A stretch of DNA of 63,630 nucleotides, filler included, from Intoshia linei (lineage: Eukaryota; Animalia; Orthonectida): NCBI GenBank assembly GCA_001642005.1. It is 6 parts of 6 records of this genome, joined end to end, with 100 filler letters (N's around TTAATTAATTAA, not from the genome) between each part and the next. Parts side by side here need not be neighbours in the genome. Positions count along the whole stretch, not along the records: positions 1 to 11,228 come from LWCA01001189.1; positions 11,329 to 26,080 come from LWCA01000954.1; 4 more parts are not named here. One strand, given 5' to 3'. The translations under genes were made by a program, and so were the position numbers. Position 1 is the first letter of the stretch; each line of letters opens with the position of its first letter. Below the pieces are notes generated by a model that worked only from the letters and a program-made list of their open reading frames with translations, searched no databases and was not told where the DNA came from. Positions 1 through 11,532 of the stretch are shown here, piece by piece.

Positions 1-403
1 ATAATAATTAAATTGATTTAGTTTGTAGTTTTAATTTCGATTTCATAAATCTTTTACTTTTTTCATTCTTTTTGTTGGAATTAATATTCAAATTCTTAAA
101 ACCATTTCATTTCTTCTTTATGGGTTATTAAAAATTTCGCTTTAAATGTTTTTCTATAAAATATTTCAATGACTTATCAAATAGAAAAAACTTATGTACT
201 TCGTACAAACAGCACCTAGCTCTCAATTAATCAATTAATTTCCGAAAATAATATTCATGAGACTACAATCTATCTTCAAAATATATATAAAATTTGTTTT
301 TTTTAAAAATATGATTTACTTTTTAAATATATTTTAATATTGAAATAATCAAAGCAAAATGATTCTATCATAAAATATTGAAACGACAATCATTATGCAG
401 ATA

Positions 404-478
404 TTATGTTTCGTTAGTAGATAAATAAAATAGTAGATAAAGACTAGTTTATTTTTATTATCTACTAACGAAACATAA
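404..478. repeat. Perfect 21-bp inverted repeat (hairpin) with 33-nt spacer
   Basis: TTATGTTTCGTTAGTAGATAA at 404-424 and its exact reverse complement at 458-478. Confidence 0.9.
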
Positions 479-530
479 CAGTATGTATTAGTACATAATA
501 ATAATGTACATTTCTATATATATATTTCAA

Positions 531-1266
531 AGGAATGAATTATATAGATTTTCACCCATATTTTTTTATTGGAAATGTGTAAACGTTCACTGCACATTTT
601 TATTTTAATCGAAATATTTGAAAAATATTGGTTGATAATATATTAAAAAGTATTTTTCACCCGGGAATGCGTAGATTCCTCGGTTTAACTTTTGTATTTA
701 TATCAACTGGAATAAGCTCTATCCGAATAATCTTTTTTTTTAATTTTTGAACCGTTAATTATTTGAGATTTTCTGTTTTAATAAAATATTTTGAAAAAAA
801 ATTTATGAATACTAAAATGCTTTTTTGACCGTGAAGTTGTCACTTATTCGAATTGAAATTTTCTGTGTTTGTTAACAGGATACAACTGTACAACCTGTCA
901 TTTTTTTGAAATTCTAGGGCTGTTTTCATTAAAAAAAGAAGGGTAATTTGTGGTTTGGCTCCTGAAGCTATAATTTTTTTAAATTTAAATTTGTGGCAAT
1001 GTTTATGATTTTAAAATTCGTATGAGTGTATATATTTTTTTAAATTCTCCAACTCGTTTCATTTTCAAAAAGAGGGACAACTGGGGTTTTTGACAACTCG
1101 TAATATGTGAAATTGGGAGGTTGAAATTAAATTTGCGAACACCCCCGGACAAAACTGTTACTAAAATGGACTTTATAAAATTATAAGACGGGTAGTTATT
1201 TAAATAATGGGTAACACACACAGAAACAAAAATGGTGTAGAATACATTGTATTATATAAGTTAGTA
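531..1266 (-). mobile_element. Non-autonomous Helitron copy (3'-truncated)
   Basis: Colinear and highly similar to 21345-22059, including the (CA)n tract and the TATATAAG terminus. A detached 3'-end remnant lies at about 192-224. Confidence 0.75.
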
Positions 1267-1336
1267 TTGTATTTTTGTTTATAAAATAATGTTGCTAGAA
1301 AACTATTTGTGTAAAATATATTTTTAATAAAGGTGA

Positions 1337-1858
1337 ATGATTTGTAAATTTGAAATTTTCGGCAGAGTACAAGGTAATTTGCGTGTTGAAGGCGTAATAA
1401 AATAATTAAATATTTAGGTGTATTTTTTAGAAAGGTTAGGTTTATTAATTGTACATTTTAAGTAGAAAAAAAATTAGTTTACAAAAAATATGGCCGATAG
1501 TCTAAAATTAAACGGTTGGATAATGAATACAAACCAGGGAACAGTAATAGGTGAAATAGAAGGACCAATAGAACCAATTAAAAAAATGTATACTTTATAT
1601 TGTAATAGTCATTTATTCGTCAAAATTTTTATAAATCGTGACTAAAATGTAGTTAAGGAAAATGATTTGTACAGTATATTACCTTTGAATAAAAAGAGTG
1701 TATACTATTTTAGCATACGAGAAATTAAAATGTAATCTTTGACTAGGAAGATATGGTTATCTAGCAAAGGTTCTCCAAAGAGCAGAATTGATAAATACGA
1801 ATTTAAAGACGATTTAGAATCAAACAAAATATATGAAAAATTTGTAATAAAAACATGA
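1337..1858 (+). CDS. ACYP: Acylphosphatase (4 exons: 1337-1373, 1418-1434, 1478-1587, 1747-1858)
   Basis: Spliced translation [47 protein letters not shown]...MKIWLSSKGSPKSRIDK. It has the acylphosphatase signatures GxVQGVxFR (catalytic Arg) and GWxxN (catalytic Asn). All introns are GT-AG. Absent from the ORF track. Confidence 0.95.
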
Positions 1859-1875
1859 ATACAATTATGTACAAT

Positions 1876-3895
1876 TTATTTCTTCTTTTTTACTATACCA
1901 TTTTTCCTCTTTTTAAGCATTTCACGTAGTTCCTAAAATAAAATGTAAAAAAAAGGTCAAATGATGAATATAAATATAAAAACTTACTTCAAATCTTTGC
2001 TTACATTCGTGTGGTGTTCGATTAAAACACATTTGTGATATTTTGATAAATCTATCTGTATCTGTTCTAGGATATTGCTTTAGGCCCTGTTCTAAAATTT
2101 TTTGTTCAGCCAAACACCAAGGTTCTAAATATATTTTTATAAAGTTTAATAATATATTACGTTTTTTAACTTTTTCGTTTGCTTTAGGAACAACTTGAAC
2201 GTGGGATTTTTCATCCGTAATTTTTGTTTTTACTTTATCACTACATCTCTGAAATATGATTCTAGCTTTTTCAATGGATAATTTTGAAATGTTTTCAATC
2301 AATTCATTTAATCTAACCAAGGTTAATGTAAAAAAGTCTGGCTATAAATTACTCATCAACATCATCAAAACTGTTGATTATCAAAGAAGCATTTTTCATA
2401 TTTTTAATTTTATCATCTCCATTTTTGAAATAGTAGTTGTTTTTCTAATATTAGAAATATTGAAATTTGAACCAATATAAAATTACTTCAAAAATGTTTT
2501 CTAGTTTTTTTTTCAAATTTTTTCTAGTCTGATTGATATGATTCTTCCGATTAATCTAATACATGCATAATATAGTTAAAAATAACTTACGTGTATTTTT
2601 TCTTCAATTTTTTTTGGAGTGTCTTTTAATGGAGTATGCGTCTAAATAAAATTAATTAAATATTTAGAAAAATATTACATTTTGAAACATGGCCATCTTT
2701 TCGAGATATTTTGCGTGTTTACGCTCCTTGGAAAGTTTAGACTTGCGTAGTTTATCTTGTTTTTCAAAAATTTTAATTCTGGGATCGTATTTCATTAAAG
2801 TATCTAAAGAAATGGATTTTCACCACTATGGTATGTTACCAATTAGTCTATTTATTCTATTGGTTTCGGCAGTTTTAAGTTTCGCCCTTTTTGCTTTATT
2901 TTCCTTATCAATACACTTTTTTTCATATTTACTAATACAATTAAATAAATGAATACCAAATAATACTCTAAATTTGAATCTTCTTTGCTCTGCTCGTCCA
3001 TGTACGAAAATTCTCTCCACGATTTAAAGTTTTTCCTAAATGTAAAATTATATTTAAATTAAAATGAAAAAATTACCAAAAATCGTAAAATTTATAAACG
3101 TCAGTTTTGCACTGATAAATATCTCCCAAGTACATGTGAGGAGACACTGTTGTAGACCATCTATGATTTATTAAAATGTAATTGATAAACATACCTTGTA
3201 TTGTTGGATATAACTTCTCTAAACACTTTAAAGAAATCATCACATTCGGGATTAAAATGAGGAATTGAATCATCTATTATAAAATCTATTGAATCGTATG
3301 ATTTTCGTAATTTTGGCGTTAAAAGGATTTTGTAAGCTAAAAATCAAAATATAAATGTACCTTTAATTCACTATGGGTGAGTTGATTTAACATTAAACTA
3401 ATAAATTAATGTTGACATTGATATTATAATTTTTTAGTTAAACGGAAAAAAAGTAATTTTGTTTACAAGGCGATAGTATAAAAATATTTGACAATTACCT
3501 TCAGTAACACATCTAAACGTTTTCGACATTTCATCAGGGTCTAATCCAGTAATCTCACTTTTATCGGGGTGGTATTTGAGAACTGTTTTCCTGTCTAAAA
3601 TATTTTAATAATTTTTCATTTCATGGTCATTTTAAATAAAAATTACAGGCATCTTTAATTTGTTTGTCACTGGCATTATATCTTAAATGGTGTAAATCAA
3701 ATATTCTATAATGATCTTGTTTTTTCCATTCAAATGGGTTCAGAGTAGCCAAATATTCTTCGCAACTCAAATTGTCATCGTATATAGATTCAAAAATTCC
3801 TTTTATTTTTACAATTTTGCCTCTATAGGGTATTAATACTAAATAATATTGTTATGCAAATGGATATAAATTAACTTACATTTACATGCATCCAT
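1876..3895 (-). CDS. DNAJC2: DnaJ homolog subfamily C member 2 (MPP11/zuotin-like), multi-exon
   Basis: Exons give LNPFEWKKQDHY, a J-domain with AYRKTVLKYHPDK, RKSYDSIDF, the zuotin-homology motif FYDFW..FKSWREFSY, IDKENKAKRAKLK, KYDPRIK, and a C-terminal SANT domain EPWCLAEQKILEQGLKQYP. Start ATG inferred from a 16-nt first exon. Confidence 0.93.
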
Positions 3896-5568
3896 TTCTA
3901 CTTAATATATTTAAAATTCAAATTTTCGCCAAATTCTATTAATATACAAATCATGTGAGCGATTGATATATAATTGTCGAAATTAAGTATGGTATCTATA
4001 CCAACAGTATTTGTTTTTGAAATATTTTAAATTTGATTATACATTGTTACAGATACATTTTTCAAAATAATAATTATTATGTAATTATAAACCATTTGAT
4101 GGTTTATCGGCTATGATAACAAAACAACATGAATTATATCTAAACATTTTGTAACAAACTCAGACAAGTTTGTATAATACGGCTAAGTCGTATCACTATT
4201 TGTATCAATGAATAACATACATTTTATGTTCATTGTCGTGGATTCAACTTTTTTTCGAAAATGTGAAAATTCGAAACTAGAATTTACAATTCAATTTATC
4301 AAATTCTTTGATTTTTTGTTTCTTACAAATTGAACTGAACCAATAGTTGAGAAACTTTTTTCAATTTTATTTTAATAAACCGTAAAATTTGAATTTAATT
4401 TTTTACGTTATCGGTTTAATATAAAATTTTTTCAGAGGATTCGTAACTTTTTTATATCAGTATTTCTCCTCAAACCTGTATTCTAGAACCGTTGAACAAA
4501 AGTAATTTTAAATTCCATTGGTTTATCAGACCTATCATAAATATTTTTATATCAAAGGTTTGAACGGTTTTAAAATTCATTAAAATAAATTAAAACTGCT
4601 AAAAATATGTCTGTGTTTAATAAGAGTGGCAATCAATAAAAATGAAATTGATCGATAATAAATTAAACAATCTAATTTATAATAATGTAATATTGTTCTT
4701 TTTGAAATAATTTTTCTGTAAAGGGTTGGTGAAATGGGATTTTAATCAAAAGAATATATAAAAGTGGATTTTCTCAAAATTAATTAATTGAAAATGTTTT
4801 TTTAAAAAAGTTTATCAATATTTTTATCGATTGTGGTCTACAATTTGTTGCATTATAGTGCTTCAACATTTATTTAATAAACTGACAGTGCATAAATTTT
4901 AAAAATACAATTTCTAAGACCTTTTATTTGTTAAGATCAATTACAATCTCAGGAATCTTCATTATCAGGGTCAAAATCACAAATTACTCTATTTTTAAAA
5001 AAATAAAAAAATACAGTGTAGTACAATAATTGTAAAATGTAGACTTAAAATACAAAAAAATCATTGCTAATACATTTTTTTTTAGTTCACACATAAAAAT
5101 ACTTTAAATCTTAATAAGTAACTTTTTACTGTACCAAAACTACTTTAGTATTTATTTTTTTATTTGTAAATTGGAATTTTTATTTTGATTTATTTTTATA
5201 GCAAAACATATAATATAGTATAATAATTATAATCATTTTAGATTTGTTTCATCATACTTATGTCCACAACAATATTATAATTACAGCTTTATTTACATAT
5301 TTATTGATATATTAATTTGTTTTTCAAATTAATCGGATATCAACAGTATTAAAATTTAAATCTAAGATTTTATATTTTTAATTCAAAGGATTAATTTATT
5401 TTTGTTTTTAATGTACAGTTAATCCTGTTAAATAAGAACACAAGGGTTCCAAATTTTATAAGTGTTCATATTATCGTGGTAAGTGAACACTAAAAAAGAT
5501 AAACAAAAAACAATTGATCTTAAAATGTCAATGTAAAATTGATTTTTTGGTTTTACAATGCTTTCAAT

Positions 5569-6717
5569 CAGTGGACACCAATCTTTTTCACATGGTGGCC
5601 GGAATAACTAAAAAAAATCCGCGGGCCAGATGATATATGATACATGACGGTATTTTAAATAAAGATTTAAAATATAATTTAAGTTAATGAATTAATAAGT
5701 TTCTTATTATCTAGAAATAACAAGTCGATAGTATATATTTAAATCTAAGTTGATGATACAGTGGTTTCTGTTCATTATGAATTCACGCTTATATAAATTT
5801 CATTCAATATGAACTGTGAATATGAATTTGTGTAAATAAACATAAATTTGTATAAATTTTCTATCCCGTGACTTAAAAATTTTAGAAAAGTAACGATTTA
5901 ATATGATATAATATAATATGAATTTAAAGATAAAAAAATTTTTAGATAAATGATAAAATAAAATTGATTAAACTGTTCAACTAATATTCAAACCGATCTC
6001 AAAAATATTTAGCCACCAAACACTCAATTTCAGTAAGTTTGATAAATAAGTTGTTAAAAAATCGTGAAGAAATCTTGAATGGTAATAATTTAAATTTGAA
6101 TCAAAAGAGACAACCTTGCCTAAGGAAATCAATGAAAATTGAATCAATGGTTTCAACGTCAACGGACATTATATATAAGTATAAGTGATAATATATTGAA
6201 AGAAATGGTGCTGGAAATTGCCAGTCTAATAAATTTTTGAACGATTTTAAAACCTCTACTGGTTGTTTAAATTTTTTTTTTTAACCAGAGATTCCATTAA
6301 ATCAAAAAAAAATTGTAGGAGAATCAAAATTAGTAAGCGAGTCTAAAATAAAAGAATTATTTTCTGAAACTGTAGAAAAATATAGAAATGATAACATATT
6401 TAACTGTGAATAAACCAGATATTATAAAAGAAAGATCTTTTAAAAGAAAAAATTGAAAACAGCAACAAAATTAAAAACTATTTTCCATTGCAAAAATAAA
6501 TACTTATACATTTGTGTTAATATTCACTTGATTCTTAATTCATATTCATATTGTACAACCAACTCTATTATGAATATTCTAAATATCCGGTCCCTTGACA
6601 TTCATATTGTACAGAAACCACTGTATATGATAATTATTATTATTATTAATAGTAAGATATCACCAGTGTATTTTGTAATTGATTTATAATTCGCGGGCAG
6701 TAGTTTGGTGGTCACTG
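5569..6717. mobile_element. hAT-type MITE hosting a nested pogo/Tigger insertion
   Basis: Termini CAGTGGACACCAA ... TTTGGTGGTCACTG with subterminal CGCGGGC motifs. Degenerate 8-bp TSD CTTTCAAT/CATTAAAT. Confidence 0.65.
5759..6623 (+). mobile_element. pogo/Tigger DNA transposon, internally deleted
   Basis: 24-bp TIR CAGTGGTTTCTGT(T/A)CA(T/A)TATGAAT flanked by TA. Decayed CENP-B-type HTH/DDE remnants (ILKEMVLEIA, FKTSTG, KKIVGES, YRNDNIFNCE*T). Confidence 0.85.
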
Positions 6718-7957
6718 CATTAAATCATTCTAAATGCTGAAATTAACGTATGAATGTCTGTGTGTTATCGTTTATCTAAAAATTTAACAGTCGTAGAATT
6801 AAAAAACCCATTTCTAATACATTTTTTCGCAGGACATGTTGGTATCTATGGTTCAGTTTTCGAGTTTAAGTTTGGGGCAAAAACCCAATTTTCCCTTTGT
6901 TTAAAAAAAATCAGACCATAAATTTAATTAAACATAAATTCTTGGACGCATTTTAAAATTATTAACATTGTCGTAATTCTCAGCGTCATAAACGCACACC
7001 TTAAATGTTAAAACCACAAATTACCCTTTGTTTTAAAATTGAAACATATCCAAAATTTTATAAAACAAATTCTGGTATGATTTTTAAAATCTTAAGCATC
7101 ATCATAAATGACAACCTCAAAAACTTCATTTTCACGATCAAAACCCAGATGATCCTTTTTTAAAAAATGAAAATAGTCCTAGAATTTTAAAAAATATTGC
7201 AGTTGATACAACTATATCCAGTTAACACACACATAAAATTTAAATTTAAAAAAATGACGCTTTCCAGATCAAAAAATATTTTTTTGAAAAATTTAATTTT
7301 ACCAAATCTTACGAGAAAAAACAATAAATTCGATCACGAAATAAAAAACCAATTTTACCAATCATGAAGTGAAAATTCATTTTTCCGATATTTTTTTAAA
7401 CAACCCAAAAACATGACTAAATAAATAAATTTAATTATTTCACCAAAATTAAAAATTTAAATCAATCACTTTAAATTATTGATGCACGCCTGTATTTATT
7501 ATTTCATTTGTAATTTTTTCAGACGAAGACATCCTCATTAAGACAATGATGCAAATATTGATGAAATCGTTATTATGACTTTATTTATGATTATATCGTA
7601 TAATTATAATTAGGTGTGAAACTAATAATTTGAAAAAATAGTAGCCTCTGGCTAAATTTTATTAAAATAAATTAGTTACGATTTGTTAAAAATATTAAGT
7701 GTGGAGTTGAGAGAATATCATAATAATATTAACTTTCACTTTTTATTTACATTAATAATGTCTTAAAACTTTTAAATTAGAAGCATTAAAAATTTCTTAT
7801 ACTCACAAGCGTCATTTTATTCGGTTTATATTTTAAAAATTAGTTATTTATATATTTGAAAAATTTACTGGTACCAGCAAATCGACTACCCGAGGTGATG
7901 AGTCATCACTGATGACTCAAAAGCAAATTGGTTATATGAGTGAAAAATTAAGATGTA

Positions 7958-9362
7958 TTATGAATTTGACATACAACTATTTGAATCGTCTTTAGAATTT
8001 ATATCCAGATAAGCGTACATCGAATTTGTAGATGTTGAACCGTTCGATTCAGAACCTTCAGAATTGGATGCTGACGTCTAATAATATAATAAATCATTAA
8101 ATACAATATCAATGATACTGCATTGATATTAATTCTTAAATAAATTAATTATTGATAATTAATGCATATATTAAGTTAATTTACATGCATCGACGTGTCT
8201 AACCTCTCAATCTGCTTTATGTAAAATAGGCCAATTGAAAATGATATTAAAGGGCCATTTTCGAAAATTTGAAATAATTATTTCACATTTTTATGAACTT
8301 TAATTTTTTCTAAATTTGTGGTAGGGTCGTTCGAATTTTATACGTCATCTGAGCCTATTCAATGGTACATGTAAATATTCACTTTATTCATATTTATAGT
8401 GTTTTAGTAAGTTATTTAGAATACTATTACTTTTTATTAGAAGCATTAATAAATAAACAGTAATAAAATTAAAATAATTAAATGTACGGTAAATTTCTCA
8501 GAATCGTTGCAACTATCGGTATCGGTATCTGTATCTGAATCCGAACACGTCGAAGTCAATTCATATCTTGATAAATTTGAAGAAAAGGAATGAAATATTT
8601 GTTGTTTCTCATTAATATTTGCATATTTAGTTTTAAATTTTTGTTTAATTTTCCTAGTTATAAAATTCATTCTGCCAAATCCTTCCGTATATGTTTTTAA
8701 ATTTTTTTGCTTTGCTTGACTTTTAACGTTTTTTTTATCTAAAAATAATATTTACTACATGCACTTAAATTAAATTAACCATTTTAAAAGTCACCTTAAA
8801 AATTAGATATTTTAAATAAAGACATGCCTAATAATTAATAAAAATTCATTGTAATTAATCTAATAATTAATTAAACTTTTGTAAGAAGAACATATTAAAT
8901 ATTTTGTAAATTAAAATTATGTAAAAAATTACATTTTCTTGAATACCACCAGTTGACACAAATGTGATGATACTTTTCTTTTGTATACGTAATATGGTAA
9001 CTGTGTAATGATGGTGGTTGATACATTTTGATTTGAAGATAATTAGATACTATTGGTGAAGGTTTATTAAATTTACGTGAACTCTTTTTGACAGATTTAA
9101 TTTTTTTGTTTCTATTTGCACATTTCCCGTTGTAATTATTGTTTATTGGCCGATTAAATATTTGTCCATCGCTTATACTTTTTCTAATTTCAATTTCTGC
9201 TTTTGAATTGATAAAATGGTCCTTATTTTCTTCAAACCATTTTGATACACCGGACACTCCTCCTTTTTTAGTTTTGAAATTATTTGCAAGATTTTTTTTG
9301 CTTTTTGTAATAGAATTAAAAAATTTAATAAATTTACTAGACAAGGAAATTTTTTGCATCAA
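7958..9362 (-). CDS. Uncharacterised Lys/Ser-rich protein, about 3 exons
   Basis: ORFs 8895-9362 and 8446-8670 plus a Ser-rich last exon (about 7958-8077, TSASNSEGSESNGSTS...SNS*), joinable through plausible GT-AG sites. No recognisable domain. Confidence 0.55.
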
Positions 9363-9989
9363 TAATGTTGTACTTAATACAATGAGAAATATACTTACTA
9401 CATATTCGATAAATGCAATTTTTCCTAGTTTACTTGACCTTAAACCATAAATGTAACATTTACACAGTTAATGAGTTTATTTTGGATAAATGCATAAATT
9501 GGTACATATAAATTTACATTTATATATGTGCTTTCGATATTTCGACGTTTCAAGTCAAAACAATTCACCCTTGTTTATCGATTTTTTTTATGCGTTCATT
9601 AATCGTAGATTTAATAGTAAAAGACAATAGCTATCATTTTAAATTAATTGTTAAAATTCAATTTTCACTTTGAGTATAGAATTTGCGTAGTAGATACATT
9701 TCAGATTCCAATCGATATTATCACCTTTTGTAGTTTTAAACTTTAAAAGGTACAAACCTATTAAAATGAATTGTTAATAATTTATTAACATTATTAATTG
9801 ATGCACCCATATTATATTTTTAAAACTACACTATTAACTTATTAATAGTCAGTATATATGTTAAATTACATTTTTTTTCATTGATTTTCTACACTATTTA
9901 AAATCTGGTGTTATGTTAATATTATACCTCAATGTAATCTGTAAAAATTAAGTTTTTTTGGAAATACAAACCCATAAAATTTTCACTGT

Positions 9990-10510
9990 ATACTAAAGTT
10001 CTGCAACACGACCCAAGTTCATTTTCGTATACTGTTGTCGAGATTATGAAGCTTCGAGTTTGTATTAAATTTAATTCAAGGCATGTTATTTATTCAATGA
10101 TTGTTATTGATTAAAATTTAAGTTTTTGCGTCGATCCATGCTTTGAGCCGCGTAAAGAAATGTTAAGTGATGGTCGTCAGAAGAAATAATACCGTACAAA
10201 ATTCTTTTCTGTGTGCCTCGACAAAATTGACAGAAATTTGATATAAAAATGTAACACCAATTGTCAGTAAAACACAATACTTATGTATAAATTTAAAAAA
10301 GGAAATCTCGCATGATTTGCAGCAACTACACTTCTGTTGCATAATGTTTATAAACTATCATTGTATCGATAAACAGTGTTTATGGGTAACCTAAAACTTC
10401 AAAATTCATCCTTGGTAAATTAATGTCAAATACCCTTTTGTAATGTTAAGAGAGAAATACCTTAGTGGAATTTAAGAATAATTAACATAAAAACTTATTT
10501 AGTAATTAAG
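9990..10510 (+). mobile_element. Highly decayed hAT transposase relic
   Basis: Fragments such as YRTKFFSVCLDKI and a degenerate C-terminal dimerisation-domain stretch ending IKTYL, broken by stops and frameshifts. Confidence 0.4.
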
Positions 10511-10719
10511 AATTACATCATCAAATTGTTTTAATAAATGTGAACTTGTCAATTTTATACTATTAATAATGTTATTTATATCTAATATTTCCAATAACCA
10601 ATATTATAATTTCTATTTTAAAAACAAAGACACAGTTTTAGTTATACCTAAACTTTTCAAAAATTTATAATGTCTATCATGATATAACTATTTTAAATGT
10701 ATACTTTTATATACAGTAT

Positions 10720-10960
10720 TGGTTGACTGTTATGTACTACGTAAAAACAGCACTTAGCTCTGCCCAAAGCACATTTTTATTCTACCAAAAAAATAAATTC
10801 ACGTTGAAAATGTAACTTAAAAATCGTACTATTCTCTATTATCAATCCTTTCAGGAGTGGTTTCCAAAATTTTTCAGGTGGGACAGTCATTCCACGTTAC
10901 TTTTTACTTTAAAGTGAATTATTCCATCTTAATTTTTTTTGTTAACATTTTTGTAAATAA
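10720..10960 (-). mobile_element. Helitron 3'-end fragment
   Basis: TTGACTGTTATGTACTACGTAAAAACAGCACTTAGCTCTGCC matches the family 3' hairpin end seen at 18665, 21097 and 32040. Confidence 0.7.
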
Positions 10961-11532
10961 TTTTAAAAAAAATTGTTATCCCATTTTTTTAATTTATTCG
11001 ACAGAATCTGTGTATAATATTAAAAATAAGGTAAAAACAGCCCAATCCTAAAATTAGTCATAAATAGCATAAATTCCAGAAAAAAATAAAACTATAAAAA
11101 CCTATTATATATATTCAGTACCAATTTAATAAATACTTAAAAATACCAATTATTTATCAATAATTAACGGAATTTTCACTTTATAAACATATTTCAGTCG
11201 AATTTTACCAATATTGCAAAGGATTGTANNNNNNNNNNNNNNNNNNNNNNNNNNNNNNNNNNNNNNNNNNNNTTAATTAATTAANNNNNNNNNNNNNNNN
11301 NNNNNNNNNNNNNNNNNNNNNNNNNNNNATATATACATATTATTAAAACTGCCTAATTTTAACCTAAACCTAAACCGTTTATTAGATTAAATAGCGACCC
11401 ACTCAGATCAAATTATTAAATATTTACATAATGTGATTTTAATCCATGACGAAATAACAAATGTATAATAGACTCTATTTATACAAATTAATTATGTTTA
11501 TTATGTTTAATATTTTTTAAAATCATTACAAT

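Noticed and set aside
1003-1221. 72-aa ORF and most other 60-100-aa ORFs in the track
   Set aside because: They lie in repeats, are antisense shadows of real exons (e.g. 2256-2480, 2689-2952, 9139-9450, 57527-57802), or are Ile/Phe/Asn/Lys-rich chance frames.
11229-11328. TTAATTAATTAA palindrome inside N runs (also 26081-26180, 36432-36531, 54618-54717, 59286-59385)
   Set aside because: Identical 100-nt cassette at every gap. It is an artificial scaffolding linker with stops in all six frames.
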